A stretch of DNA of 56,069 nucleotides. Origin: Candidatus Babelota bacterium (GTDB taxonomy: Bacteria; Babelota; Babeliae; Babelales; Vermiphilaceae). The position numbers and the translations under genes are program-made. Each line of letters opens with the position of its first letter. The first letter of the stretch is position 1. Below the pieces are notes generated by a model. It was not told the DNA's origin and made no database searches. It saw only the letters and a list, made by a program, of their open reading frames with translations. The DNA lies in assembly GCA_026389015.1 (NCBI GenBank), contig JAPLIR010000017.1, positions 1-56,069 on the forward strand, in the 5' to 3' direction. Shown here piece after piece: positions 1-9,435 of this stretch.

Positions 1-125
1 GTGATGGTCGTTTCGCGCACATGATCTTTATCAAAATCTTTTCGTTGCTCTAATTTTACGATGCGACGGTCTTTATAGCCGGTCATTTTTTCACTGACCG
101 GCCAACTAATATCGATTATGTTCAT
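1..125 (-). CDS. Partial CDS (N-terminus only; runs off window start). Start codon overlaps the gnd stop (TAATG). Product unknown; the N-terminus MNIIDISWPVSEKMTGYKDRR weakly resembles cyclase-family (arylformamidase-like) proteins.
   Basis: Reverse-strand ATG at 123-125 overlaps the stop of the upstream 6PGDH gene by 1 nt. The frame stays open to position 1. Translation read from the sequence. Confidence 0.35.
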   Translation of the reverse strand, partial: MNIIDISWPVSEKMTGYKDRRIVKLEQRKDFDKDHVRETTI

Positions 126-1027
126 TACTTAACCTTCTTCACGTCGTGACCACCAAAACCTTTACGCAGCATGGCAATAACTTTGGTTGCATAATTGCCA
201 CCCGATTCACGTGACCAGCGGCGAATTTCAAGCGACTCTTCGATTAATGGCACGGGCACATTAGTTTTGTGAGCATCTTCCACAGTCCATTTGCCCGTGC
301 CGCCTTCAGCGATTTCGCCTGACACATGTGTAAGTTCTTGATCTTCTTTAAACACATCGTGTGCAAGATCAAGCAGCCATGAACGAATAACCGAACCATG
401 CATCCACACATTGGAAATTTTTTCTAAATCTAAATGCGCATCTTTAAAGCTGCCATCTTTAATTAAATGGAATCCTTCGGCATAGCCTTGCAACAATGCA
501 TATTCGATGCCGTTATGCACCATTTTAACATAGTGACCCGCTCCCGATGGACCAACTAATGCACAGCCGTTGGGCGCTGCAATAGCACTCAACAAAGGAT
601 TAATGGAATCATACGCAGTTTTATCGCCACCAATCATGAGGCAATACCCTTGCGTGCGACCAAGCAATCCGCCTGATGTGCCACAATCTAAATATGAAAT
701 AGCATGCGTTGCCAACATCTGTGCGCGACGCATAGAATCGAGATAATTACTATTGCCACCATCAATCAAGATGCTATTTGCTTGCATATGCGGTAACAAT
801 TCTTGAATCACTTTGTCAACAATCGGACCTTGCGGAACCATAAGCCACACAACAGGACTCAACGTTGCAACTTCAGCCAGCGAAGCAACAACCTGAACAC
901 CCAAAGCGCTCGCTGCATCTTTATTAGTTTGATCTAAATCGAAACCAATAACTTCGTGTCCTGCTTTGAGCACACGCTCTGCAACGCCTGCGCCCATTCT
1001 TCCTAAACCAATAATTCCTAATTTCAT
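125..1027 (-). CDS. gnd: 6-phosphogluconate dehydrogenase (decarboxylating), short about 300-aa form
   Basis: 300-aa ORF. N-terminal Rossmann motif GIIGLGRMG, central GxSGGxxxxxxG-like region (DCGTSGG) and a C-terminal 6PGDH domain. Sits directly downstream of zwf. Confidence 0.85.
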   Translation of the reverse strand: MKLGIIGLGRMGAGVAERVLKAGHEVIGFDLDQTNKDAASALGVQVVASLAEVATLSPVVWLMVPQGPIVDKVIQELLPHMQANSILIDGGNSNYLDSMRRAQMLATHAISYLDCGTSGGLLGRTQGYCLMIGGDKTAYDSINPLLSAIAAPNGCALVGPSGAGHYVKMVHNGIEYALLQGYAEGFHLIKDGSFKDAHLDLEKISNVWMHGSVIRSWLLDLAHDVFKEDQELTHVSGEIAEGGTGKWTVEDAHKTNVPVPLIEESLEIRRWSRESGGNYATKVIAMLRKGFGGHDVKKVK

Positions 1028-1028
1028 A

Positions 1029-2423
1029 TTATCGCCACCTCATGCCATGTTTTTTTGCAAATAATTCCGCTGCTTCAGGACCAGAGCTCCCCGGTGTGTA
1101 GCTGGATAGCGGCACCTCTTTTTGTTTGGCAGTATCAATAACGCGCCATGCTGCTTCTATTTCATCACAACGTACAGAAACCGATTGTTCCCCACGCATT
1201 ATTTCTTCAATCAAGGTCTCATACCCAGAAAATTTTTCTGCGCCAAAAATACAGCTGTGACAATATTGCATGCTCATCGGCATTAATTCTTGTGATGTTC
1301 CTGGTTTTTTAGCATTGAGCGTAAGAATAAACGATTCATCGGGCGCAAGTCGAATCGTCAAATAATTTGATTCGCTTGGGCAATATTTGGTTAACAAACA
1401 ATCAACTTGCTTAAATTTAATGTGAATAACCGTCTCTTTTTTATCTAAAAACTTACCCGTCTTGAGATAGAACGGAACACCAGCCCACCGAGGGTTGTCG
1501 ATCATCAAAAATAACGCTGCAAATGTTTCGGTGGTAGAATCTTTTGGTACCCACTCTTCTTGTGTGTACCCTTCGTATTGCCCAGCAATGGCATCAACAA
1601 CACGAACCTTTTGTAATGCTTTGACGCGCTCGTTACGGATAAAGTCGCCCGTCAACTTTTCTGGTGCTTCCATTGCTATAATCGCCAACAGTTCAAGCAT
1701 GTGATTTTGTACCACATCACGCAATGCGCCGTAGGCATCGTAATAGCCACCACGTTTGCCGACGCCAACTGTTTCGCTCAATATAATTTGCACACTGTCG
1801 ATATAACGATTATTCCACAACGGCTCAAAAACACAGTTGGTAAACCGTATTAACGCAATATTGCTTACTAGTTCTTTGGTTAAATAATGGTCGATGCGAT
1901 AGGCTTGATGCTCGTATAATGATGCAGCAATGCATTCGTTAATCTCATGTGCCGATTGCGCATCACGACCAAAAGGTTTTTCGTACACAATGCGATGCCA
2001 CATCGGCTCATTCGTTGCAAGTTTTTTCACGACACCAGAAGCGGCCAATTGTAGTGTCACCTCACAAAAAAATGATGCTGAAACCGCTAAATAAACCAGA
2101 CGATTGCCCGTCATGCCATGTTTTTTTTCTAAACCTTCTACCACTTTGTCAAGCAGCACAAAGTCAGCCGGAACGGTGACATTCAAGGATTGATAATAAC
2201 TGTTATCAACTATTTTTTGCCAAATAACAGGGTCAATATCACCCTCGATAAATTCTTTGGCTGAGTCTAATATCTGTCCGATAGTCGTCGCTTCAAGCGC
2301 CGCTCCAACAATAATAAATTTTTCTAACTTCTTATGCGTAATCAGGCGATAGATAGCAGGCAACAACTTACGCCGCGTTAAATCTCCTGTCGCGCCTATA
2401 ATAATAAAGGTACATTCACTCAT
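1029..2423 (-). CDS. zwf: Glucose-6-phosphate 1-dehydrogenase
   Basis: 464 aa. NADP-binding GATGDLTRRKLLPA motif at the N-terminus, G6PD active-site motif RIDHYLTKE (variant of RIDHYLGKE), about 1-nt gap to gnd. Confidence 0.9.
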   Translation of the reverse strand: MSECTFIIIGATGDLTRRKLLPAIYRLITHKKLEKFIIVGAALEATTIGQILDSAKEFIEGDIDPVIWQKIVDNSYYQSLNVTVPADFVLLDKVVEGLEKKHGMTGNRLVYLAVSASFFCEVTLQLAASGVVKKLATNEPMWHRIVYEKPFGRDAQSAHEINECIAASLYEHQAYRIDHYLTKELVSNIALIRFTNCVFEPLWNNRYIDSVQIILSETVGVGKRGGYYDAYGALRDVVQNHMLELLAIIAMEAPEKLTGDFIRNERVKALQKVRVVDAIAGQYEGYTQEEWVPKDSTTETFAALFLMIDNPRWAGVPFYLKTGKFLDKKETVIHIKFKQVDCLLTKYCPSESNYLTIRLAPDESFILTLNAKKPGTSQELMPMSMQYCHSCIFGAEKFSGYETLIEEIMRGEQSVSVRCDEIEAAWRVIDTAKQKEVPLSSYTPGSSGPEAAELFAKKHGMRWR

Positions 2424-3747
2424 GGCTTAACCTTTTACGAGTTTCTTGTTTATATAATTCGACATTTGGTTGGTCAAAAGGATTGACGTCAAGGATATAT
2501 CCAAGATACATGATTTCTAACATTTTACACTGTAAAAATTGCCCTAAAAAAAACGGCGACAATGCCGTCAGTTTAAACGAAACATAGGGTAACGATCCTT
2601 TTGTATACGCAATCTGCACACCATCAATAATAGCATCCATAATAGTCGAAAGCGATCGACCTTGAATGTCTTCCACCAATTGATTGTACCCTTGCATATA
2701 CGGCACCGATAATGATGCAGAACTGCACACGGTCACAAAGGTTGTAACCTTATCTTTTGGCCCACCCAAATAGAGTTGTCCTACCGAATGCAAATCGGTA
2801 GAACCAACAGACACCGTCGGCGTCATACCGACACATACACGTTCGCTGTTGCGATTGAATTCTTTGCCAATACTTTCGCCCATTAATTGACGATACCATT
2901 TGCCAACAGATTCCAATTGATTAGCAAATAAAAATGTGTCGTGAATATGCAAGCCTTTTTTGTAGTGCGTCGCCAATATCGCAGCACTCAAAGCTGCAGG
3001 ATTATTGGTGATATCAGTGTCGGTAAATTCCGGCATCATCGACCGTGCTCCCTCAAGCAGCTCTTTAATATCAACACCAAGCATACCTAATGGGAAAAGC
3101 CCTACCGCAGAAAATACTGAATAACGGCCGCCGACTTTTTTAGGGATCTCAAGGCAGACAAATTTTTCCTGCTGAGCAACATGCCACAATGCAGAATCTT
3201 TGTCGGTCGTTGCTACCACGTAACGAAAATAATCTTCAGGTCTGTGATTTTTGAGAATAGGCAATAAAACCTGAAAGTTAGCTATAGTCTCGGTGGTAGC
3301 GCCTGATTTGCTCACCACATTCAAGAGCACTTGACCACCACGTTGCAATTCCTGCTCAAGCAACCCGCACAAAGCGCCAATATAATCAGCATCCACTGAA
3401 TCTGCCCAATACACTTTGAGTGCGGGATGCTGCTCATTATAGAACTTCCCCTGAATCGCTTCGTGTACCGCCATGGTTCCCAAGTTGGAACCACCAATCC
3501 CAATAACCACCAACATCATTGGTTTCAACGCCTTTTTTTCTTGGATTACCGCTTGGACAGTATTAAGCAAATGCGTATCGGTTGAAAGGTTAATGGATGC
3601 ATAATCAGAGTCATAACCAGTGGTCAATGCCTGCCGCGCCACTTTTATTTCCGGCTCTAATTGTTTGCCTATCGTTTTCAGCTCATCCTGCGACATTAAA
3701 CAACTATCTTTGTAGTGAAATTCAATTACTTTCATGGAGGGCCTCAT
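2416..3747 (-). CDS. pgi: Glucose-6-phosphate isomerase (bacterial short type)
   Basis: 443 aa. PGI/SIS-domain signature GIGGSNLG. Overlaps the zwf start by 8 nt (operon pgi-zwf-gnd). Confidence 0.85.
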   Translation of the reverse strand: MRPSMKVIEFHYKDSCLMSQDELKTIGKQLEPEIKVARQALTTGYDSDYASINLSTDTHLLNTVQAVIQEKKALKPMMLVVIGIGGSNLGTMAVHEAIQGKFYNEQHPALKVYWADSVDADYIGALCGLLEQELQRGGQVLLNVVSKSGATTETIANFQVLLPILKNHRPEDYFRYVVATTDKDSALWHVAQQEKFVCLEIPKKVGGRYSVFSAVGLFPLGMLGVDIKELLEGARSMMPEFTDTDITNNPAALSAAILATHYKKGLHIHDTFLFANQLESVGKWYRQLMGESIGKEFNRNSERVCVGMTPTVSVGSTDLHSVGQLYLGGPKDKVTTFVTVCSSASLSVPYMQGYNQLVEDIQGRSLSTIMDAIIDGVQIAYTKGSLPYVSFKLTALSPFFLGQFLQCKMLEIMYLGYILDVNPFDQPNVELYKQETRKRLSHE

Positions 3748-3933
3748 AGTACAAGGTTCTATCTTTTTTTACTTGCCTACTATAACAAAGAATTACATAA
3801 GGAATAAAAAAACATTTTTTGTTGATTAAAACAGTAAATAAATAGTATAGAAGAGTATGGGGTAAAATAAAAAGTCTTCATCAAAAAATAACTATGTATA
3901 AGTCGTAACCATTGTTAATCTCTTACTCAAAGG

Positions 3934-4293
3934 ATGAGTCACATGAAACAAAGAATCTTCAAACTATTTTTTATGATTTCCCTACTGGTATCATTGCCAG
4001 CTCTTGCAATGATGTCACAAGAAGAGTCAGCACTCTATGCTCTTAATAAAGAGTTGAACAACTCGCTCGTTTACATCAACAGCCGCACACAAGCAAGTAT
4101 TCTTGAATTAGAAAATCTATTACCGCATCACCAGTGGTCAACAGAATTTAAAGACTTATGCCAAGACATCAAAGACGAAGGCAACGTGGCACAAGATAAA
4201 CATGTTGCATACGTAATCAATGAATGTCTTGAAGCATGCAAGAATCTTTCATGCGATCAAGAGCAGATCTTACAAACTACAAACAAAGATTAG
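3934..4293 (+). CDS. Hypothetical secreted protein (signal peptide, Cys-containing)
   Basis: 119-aa ORF with RBS-like aaggatgag. Hydrophobic N-terminus [17 protein letters not shown]. No recognisable domain. Confidence 0.5.
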   Translation: MSHMKQRIFKLFFMISLLVSLPALAMMSQEESALYALNKELNNSLVYINSRTQASILELENLLPHHQWSTEFKDLCQDIKDEGNVAQDKHVAYVINECLEACKNLSCDQEQILQTTNKD

Positions 4294-5087
4294 AAGATGG
4301 CACAGCATATATCAGCAACGAAAAACATGACACTGATGATCAAGCAACAAGAAGAAAAAAAACTAAAAAAATCTGCAAGCTATGTGTTAAATGCTTAAAC
4401 GTAAACGGTCGCCTTTTTGTTAACGGCCTTGAGTTTAGCAATTTAACCGCTCTTGCCGCAGCATTAAGTGACGTTGGCTTAGTCGGCTCAACCGGCGCAA
4501 CAGGACCATGCTGCACTGGCGCTACAGGCCCCGTAGGACCTTCAGGCGGCGTTACTGGCGCAACTGGAGAAACGGGTGCAACCGGCCCAGCTGGCGCAAC
4601 TGGAGCAGCTGGCGCTACCGGCCAAGCAGGCGCAACAGGAGCAGCCGGCACAGGATTCTTGACAACATTTGGTAATTTCTTTGCTCTTATGCCTGGAGAT
4701 AACTCTGCTACTGTCGCAGCAGGCTCTGCAGTTCAATTTCCTCAAGATGGCCCAATAAGCGGCGTCACTCGCACAAGTGCTTCTCAATTTAATTTGCCAA
4801 ATATTGGTACCTATGAAGTTACTTGGCAAGTAAGCGTTACTGAAGCAGGACAACTCGTTTTAGGACTTGATTCTGGTGCAGGCGTTTTAGAATTAGCACA
4901 AACTGTTGTTGGTCGCGCAACCGGCACCAGCCAAATAGTAGGCAGCACATTGATCACTACTACGGTTATAAATTCTGTACTCAGCGTTCTCAATCCAGCT
5001 GGCAGTTCAACAGCGCTTACCATTACCCCACTAGCTGGTGGAATAGATCCTGTTTCTGCAACACTGACTATTAAACAAATCGCTTAA
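4236..5087 (+). CDS. Collagen-like triple-helix repeat protein (about 30 G-X-Y triplets, mostly GATGxx) with a C-terminal globular domain reminiscent of the BclA/C1q-like C-terminal domain
   Basis: Perfect Gly-X-Y periodicity between about 4490 and 4670 ([40 protein letters not shown]...). Locally GC-rich DNA in an AT-rich genome. C-terminal beta-rich segment ends ATLTIKQIA. Start uncertain (no signal peptide; overlaps the upstream ORF by 58 nt). Confidence 0.65.
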   Translation: MQESFMRSRADLTNYKQRLEDGTAYISNEKHDTDDQATRRKKTKKICKLCVKCLNVNGRLFVNGLEFSNLTALAAALSDVGLVGSTGATGPCCTGATGPVGPSGGVTGATGETGATGPAGATGAAGATGQAGATGAAGTGFLTTFGNFFALMPGDNSATVAAGSAVQFPQDGPISGVTRTSASQFNLPNIGTYEVTWQVSVTEAGQLVLGLDSGAGVLELAQTVVGRATGTSQIVGSTLITTTVINSVLSVLNPAGSSTALTITPLAGGIDPVSATLTIKQIA

Positions 5088-5117
5088 TAATTTATCTCGA
5101 ACAAATCGTTATTAAAT

Positions 5118-5154
5118 CATGGCGTCAGGAATCCCTGGCGCCATGAGCGCTTTT
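5118..5154 (+). terminator. Putative rho-independent terminator after the collagen-like gene
   Basis: 12-bp stem with 1 mismatch (catggcgtcagg / cctggcgccatg), 4-nt loop, followed a few nt later by TTTT. Confidence 0.4.
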
Positions 5155-5288
5155 AAATCTTTAGCCATGATGCCTAATGCACATTCAACTTCCTTTAATA
5201 AGCCCTGATGTTAAAAACCGTTGACGCGCAAAACAAAAAATTCTACTGTGCTTAGGTTAGTAATGTTGAATGATAAAAAAGGAAAATA

Positions 5289-5696
5289 ATGCACACATCA
5301 ATCATCAATCAAGACTGGGCGATATTAATTATCCGTTTAATTTTAGGAAGCGTATTTATTCTTCATGGCGGCCAAAAAATGTTTGGCTGGCTTGGCGGAT
5401 CGGGCCTGCAAGGCTGGTTAGGCTACATGGCTTCATTACAAATTCCCACGCTCATTGCGTACCTTCCTCCCTTCATTGAATTTTTTGGTGGCTTGTGCAT
5501 ATTACTTGGCATTGCAGCAGAAGTTGGTGCTTTTGGATTATTAGCGGTTATGCTTGTTGGCATTTACTTAGTGCATTGGGACAAAGGATATTTTTCTCAG
5601 AATGGCGGTTATGAATACGCATTAAATCTAGCCTTGCTCTGCTTGGCAATCATTCTTGCCGGCTCAGGACCATTATCCCTATGGAACTTGAGGTAA
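5289..5696 (+). CDS. DoxX-family integral membrane protein
   Basis: 135 aa. Four predicted TM segments. N-terminus WAILIIRLILGSVFILHG typical of DoxX. RBS aaaaggaaaataATG. Confidence 0.7.
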   Translation: MHTSIINQDWAILIIRLILGSVFILHGGQKMFGWLGGSGLQGWLGYMASLQIPTLIAYLPPFIEFFGGLCILLGIAAEVGAFGLLAVMLVGIYLVHWDKGYFSQNGGYEYALNLALLCLAIILAGSGPLSLWNLR

Positions 5697-5855
5697 AAAC
5701 CAAACAAGACCCGCTCATTGCTCATTTCAGATTGAAATAATCAAACTGTATTATTTCAAAATATTGTATTTATTTATTAGGCAAACTATAGAATTTATAT
5801 TATTCTTATGGTGTCTATTAACAACAATCTTATCTTTAAAAATGGGGCCTTTTTT

Positions 5856-6524
5856 ATGATGTCTTTTTTAAAAAAATTATTACTCACCACCACTGCATTT
5901 ACGCTTATTTTCACTCAAGTCACTCGAGTTTATGCACACGATATTCCAGGAACAATTTCACAAAATATTCATAACACAATGTTGACGACCCGCGTAATAC
6001 CAACCAAAGAATATGAAAGACGTTTTGGAACAAGATTAGACAGCTCGTTCCTTCGTGGCATTTACATTGTGGAACTCTCTATAAAGAATAATAGTTCCCA
6101 ATCTTTGGTGTTCTCCGTCAACGACACACTTATTCACAAAGCAACACCACTTTTTACAAAAAAAGCACTCCAAAACCACTTAACATCAAGCCTAGGCATT
6201 GGTGTTATGACCATACTGTGTTTCCCTATAGGCTTTTTTATGGCATACCAAAATATAGCAATGGAAACATTAGCTCCACTCATTCACTTATTTGGTCCTG
6301 GGCAAGAAGACATTACTATTAAACCATATGACGAATTCAAAACTATGTTGTTTATTGAAGCAGAACAAGAAGAAAAAAAAGGCGCTACTGAAGAAGAAAC
6401 CGAAAAAGCAGATCCACTTTATTTTGATATGACGATACAACTAAAAGATGCATCAAAATTTGATCTGCCGCTTTATAAAAGATATGCACGAACCTTTGAC
6501 ATACGAATTCCGAACACAAAATAA
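5856..6524 (+). CDS. Hypothetical secreted/membrane protein (ORF opens at 5808; likely start at MMSFLKK)
   Basis: Signal-peptide-like MMSFLKKLLLTTTAFTLIFTQVTRVYA, a later hydrophobic segment and an acidic C-terminal region. No recognisable domain. Confidence 0.4.
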   Translation: MMSFLKKLLLTTTAFTLIFTQVTRVYAHDIPGTISQNIHNTMLTTRVIPTKEYERRFGTRLDSSFLRGIYIVELSIKNNSSQSLVFSVNDTLIHKATPLFTKKALQNHLTSSLGIGVMTILCFPIGFFMAYQNIAMETLAPLIHLFGPGQEDITIKPYDEFKTMLFIEAEQEEKKGATEEETEKADPLYFDMTIQLKDASKFDLPLYKRYARTFDIRIPNTK

Positions 6525-6661
6525 TCAACCACACATGCCTTCAAGCCGCATGTATTCAGCTGCGGCCCTCTTCGCTCTAGGATAAAACTTCGAAGTATAA
6601 TTAAGCTACGCCGGGCTTGCTTTTCTTGCATGTACAGTAGAACTAATACCGTAAGCATAAC

Positions 6662-7723
6662 TTAACCACATAATCCTTCTAATCTCATATACTCCGCGGC
6701 GCCGTATAAACTCACGTTATAGTCGGTAATAACATAAATAGGGATATTTTTTAAAAGATCTTTTTGTTTACCACAATTAATAAACTCATTCAAAAAACTT
6801 TCTTGCTGAAACAATTGCAAATTTTTTGCAGCTATGCCACCAGCAATGTAAATGCCGCCACGAGATAATGAATCAAGCGCAAAGTTCTTTGCACAACGAG
6901 CATAAAAGTGAGCGTAAAAATCAAAGGTATGCCAGGCATGTTCGTCAATAGTGCGTGAGTTAAAGATTTCATCCGGATGCAAACCGCCTTTTGCCAAAAA
7001 ATCATTTGGCTTTACCGCGCCATTGTATTGGCAGAAAAACTTATACATATTCTTAATACCAGTGCCCGACAGCACATCTTCCCACGAAATATTACAATCG
7101 CAGTTGTTAGTTTTTTTCAAAAAATTAACTAACGCAAACTCAATTTCTGACTGCGCAGCAAAATCGGCATGACCACCTTCAGAAGCCACCGGAACATACA
7201 TCTTCCGGTCCTTCTCCCAAAACATGATGCATTTGCCAAGGCCGGTACCAGCACCCAAAATTGCTTTATTAGTTTTACCATGAGCAACCGCATGATTAAC
7301 CGACACTAAATCCTTTGCATTAATACAAGACAAACCATAACCAATGACTTCAAAATCATTGGTTAAAAATACACACGAGAGCCCTGTTTGTTTTACAATC
7401 TCTTGAGTGTCGATAATAAAATCTAAATTGGTTGGTTTGCTATAATCACGATCAGCAGAAACAACACCCGCAGCAGCAAAACAGGCATGGTGAACCGTAA
7501 TGCTGTACCTATCTTTTATATGCAGTAGCACTTGATTGACCAGATCACTAAAGCTTACAATTTCCTGGCTTTTGGCATGCAGGGACAAAAGAAGGCTTAA
7601 GCCATCATCAGGATGTTGGAAAATACCAAAGTTACTATTAGTACCCCCAATATCGCCTACCAAAATAGCCCGAACATTGCGCGGAACCTCTTGTACATAA
7701 ATAACTTCGCGTAATGTAAGCAT
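6662..7723 (-). CDS. glk: Glucokinase (Glk family)
   Basis: 353 aa. N-terminal ATP-binding motif LVGDIGGTNSNFGIF (Glk: LVGDVGGTNARFAL). Convergent with the thioredoxin cluster; adjacent to the PPP operon. Confidence 0.75.
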   Translation of the reverse strand: MLTLREVIYVQEVPRNVRAILVGDIGGTNSNFGIFQHPDDGLSLLLSLHAKSQEIVSFSDLVNQVLLHIKDRYSITVHHACFAAAGVVSADRDYSKPTNLDFIIDTQEIVKQTGLSCVFLTNDFEVIGYGLSCINAKDLVSVNHAVAHGKTNKAILGAGTGLGKCIMFWEKDRKMYVPVASEGGHADFAAQSEIEFALVNFLKKTNNCDCNISWEDVLSGTGIKNMYKFFCQYNGAVKPNDFLAKGGLHPDEIFNSRTIDEHAWHTFDFYAHFYARCAKNFALDSLSRGGIYIAGGIAAKNLQLFQQESFLNEFINCGKQKDLLKNIPIYVITDYNVSLYGAAEYMRLEGLCG

Positions 7724-7863
7724 TCATTTTCTCCTGTTACGATACTCATACTGTATACATATCGTGTGTCCACGTCTTGATTGACAACACGCATTTTCAT
7801 TATAGTCTGTAGGATATATAAAAACCTTTTTTACACGCAACAATTAATTAAGGAGAAAGAGTC

Positions 7864-8364
7864 ATGAAGAAACTACATGCATTAGCATTAGCTACCACTA
7901 TCTTACCAATCATACTGATTACACAAGCTGGATTCACCTGCTCGTCAAACAAACCAGCTGAAGAACAAACACCACAACAAAAATCAGTCGAGAGCCAATC
8001 TCCTCAAAAATCATCGTCTGAAACCACAAGCAAAACCGGTGGATCGGTATATTCATTAACGCCAGGAGATGATTTTGACCAATTAATAAAACAAGGCAAC
8101 GTTGTCGTAGATTTTTATGGCACCTGGTGCCCACCTTGCCAACGACTAGCCCCTATTTTAAATCAACTTGCACAAGAATACTCGCATATAACCTTCATCA
8201 AAGTTGATACTGATAAATTTGAAGACTTAAGTAGCAAATACAACATTAGAAGCCTCCCAACACTCATATTCTTTAAAGATGGCAAAAAAATACAGCAAGG
8301 TGGCAGTCAAACAGACAAAAATGCATACAAAAAAACACTCGATGCATTCTATCCACAACAATAA
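7864..8364 (+). CDS. Secreted thioredoxin-fold protein (active site WCPPC), probable lipoprotein or periplasmic
   Basis: 166 aa. Signal peptide then a Ser/Thr/Gln-rich linker. Thioredoxin motif FYGTWCPPCQRLAPILNQLAQEY. RBS aaggagaaag. Confidence 0.8.
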   Translation: MKKLHALALATTILPIILITQAGFTCSSNKPAEEQTPQQKSVESQSPQKSSSETTSKTGGSVYSLTPGDDFDQLIKQGNVVVDFYGTWCPPCQRLAPILNQLAQEYSHITFIKVDTDKFEDLSSKYNIRSLPTLIFFKDGKKIQQGGSQTDKNAYKKTLDAFYPQQ

Positions 8365-8397
8365 AATCGACAGGCAGTACATTTTTTAAGGAAGAAA

Positions 8398-8823
8398 ATG
8401 AAAAACATAATCATATGCATGGCTTTAGTAAGCCTTGTTAGTTCTATATCAATAAAGTCTATGGCAGAAACAGCCCCCCTAGAAACCACACGAGGAGCAC
8501 AAGGAGTTCGATCTGTAACATCTAAAAGCCAGCTAGACCAATTAATCAAAGAAGGCTATATTGCCGTTGATTTTTATGCAGATTGGTGCAAACCATGCCA
8601 ACGCCTTGCTCCTATTATTGCTCAACTTGCACAAGAATATTCCAATGTACAATTTGCTAAAGTAAATGTGAGTACACTCAAAGAAATCAGCGATGCTTAT
8701 AATATTCAAAGCATTCCCGTAGTTATATTCTTTAAGAATGGCAAACAAGCAGCTAAACTTGGTGGCCTACGAGATAAAAACGAATACAAACGAACACTCG
8801 ATGCATTATATCCAAAACAATAA
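8398..8823 (+). CDS. Secreted thioredoxin (active site WCKPC); tandem paralog of 7864..8364
   Basis: 141 aa. Motif FYADWCKPCQRLAPIIAQLAQEY. C-terminal half is near-identical in pattern to the upstream gene. Confidence 0.8.
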   Translation: MKNIIICMALVSLVSSISIKSMAETAPLETTRGAQGVRSVTSKSQLDQLIKEGYIAVDFYADWCKPCQRLAPIIAQLAQEYSNVQFAKVNVSTLKEISDAYNIQSIPVVIFFKNGKQAAKLGGLRDKNEYKRTLDALYPKQ

Positions 8824-8854
8824 GATTGATGAGTAGTACATTTTAAGGAAGAGA

Positions 8855-9232
8855 ATGAAAAAAATAATCGCCTGCATGGCTTTAGTAAGCTTTGCGGGTA
8901 GCACTTCAACAAAATCTATGACACCAGGACTCAGTAAGACGTCAACAAAATCCATGACGCCAGAACCAGGAGGAAGTCCTACTCAGTCACCAAAAACACC
9001 ACAAATGCGTAGATGTGCCGTAGCGATTATTATGCAACGACGCCCCAGCATTACACAAAACACACAACCTTCGTCACCAAAGCTCAATAACAAAAAAACT
9101 GCTGCAAAACAAATTGGCCGCTCGCAATCAACACCTTTAAAAGGTTGCTATCTCCTGGCAGGACGCAGCAGTTTTCATACACCGTATAATTCATTACAAA
9201 GTCCAGAGATTATCGAAGAACAAAAAAATTAA
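8855..9232 (+). CDS. Degenerate third copy of the thioredoxin tandem array (signal peptide retained, thioredoxin body replaced by low-complexity S/T/P/K-rich sequence); possibly a pseudogene
   Basis: The 5' region (about 45 nt upstream plus the first about 60 nt) is clearly homologous at DNA level to the 8398 gene (caataa-atcgaca-gcagtacattttttaaggaagaaaATGAAAAA vs caataa-gattgatgagtagtacattttaaggaagagaATGAAAAA). No CxxC motif downstream. Internal 21-nt direct repeat encoding STKSMTP. Confidence 0.4.
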   Translation: MKKIIACMALVSFAGSTSTKSMTPGLSKTSTKSMTPEPGGSPTQSPKTPQMRRCAVAIIMQRRPSITQNTQPSSPKLNNKKTAAKQIGRSQSTPLKGCYLLAGRSSFHTPYNSLQSPEIIEEQKN

Positions 9233-9260
9233 TTAACTTTTTTGTTACGCTATATATCGA

Positions 9261-9298
9261 AAAAAAGCCGCATAGTTTTTTGCTATGCGGCTTTTTTT
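9261..9298. terminator. Bidirectional rho-independent terminator between the convergent trx array (+) and nrdB (-)
   Basis: A-run, 9-bp stem gccgcatag/ctatgcggc with TTTTTT loop, then T-run (aaaaaagccgcatagttttttgctatgcggcttttttt). Confidence 0.7.
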
Positions 9299-9319
9299 AT
9301 AACCAAAATATTTATCTAA

Positions 9320-9435
9320 AGTAGGCGTCTACCATTCTACCCTTCGATACAGTTTGTATCACACACGTGATACAAACCACTCAGGGCGATCGGGCAGTAT
9401 TTGCTCTGTTCCCTTAGTAGGCGTCTACCATTCTA
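9320..9435. repeat. Two perfect 20-bp direct repeats (agtaggcgtctaccattcta; 9320-9339 and 9416-9435) flanking a 76-bp segment that contains an 11-bp-arm inverted repeat (gtttgtatcac-acac-gtgatacaaac). The second repeat overlaps the nrdB stop codon.
   Basis: Direct reading. DR2 includes the last three codons plus stop of nrdB (RC ttagaatggtag = L E W stop). Confidence 0.6.

Noticed and set aside
4340-5023. Three minus-strand ORFs (4340..4651, 4542..4853, 4811..5023) rich in Pro/Ala/Val or Cys/Ser
   Set aside because: They lie antisense to the collagen-like G-X-Y repeat. The periodic GC-rich triplet repeat keeps all frames open. The products are low-complexity and there is no independent RBS or signal.
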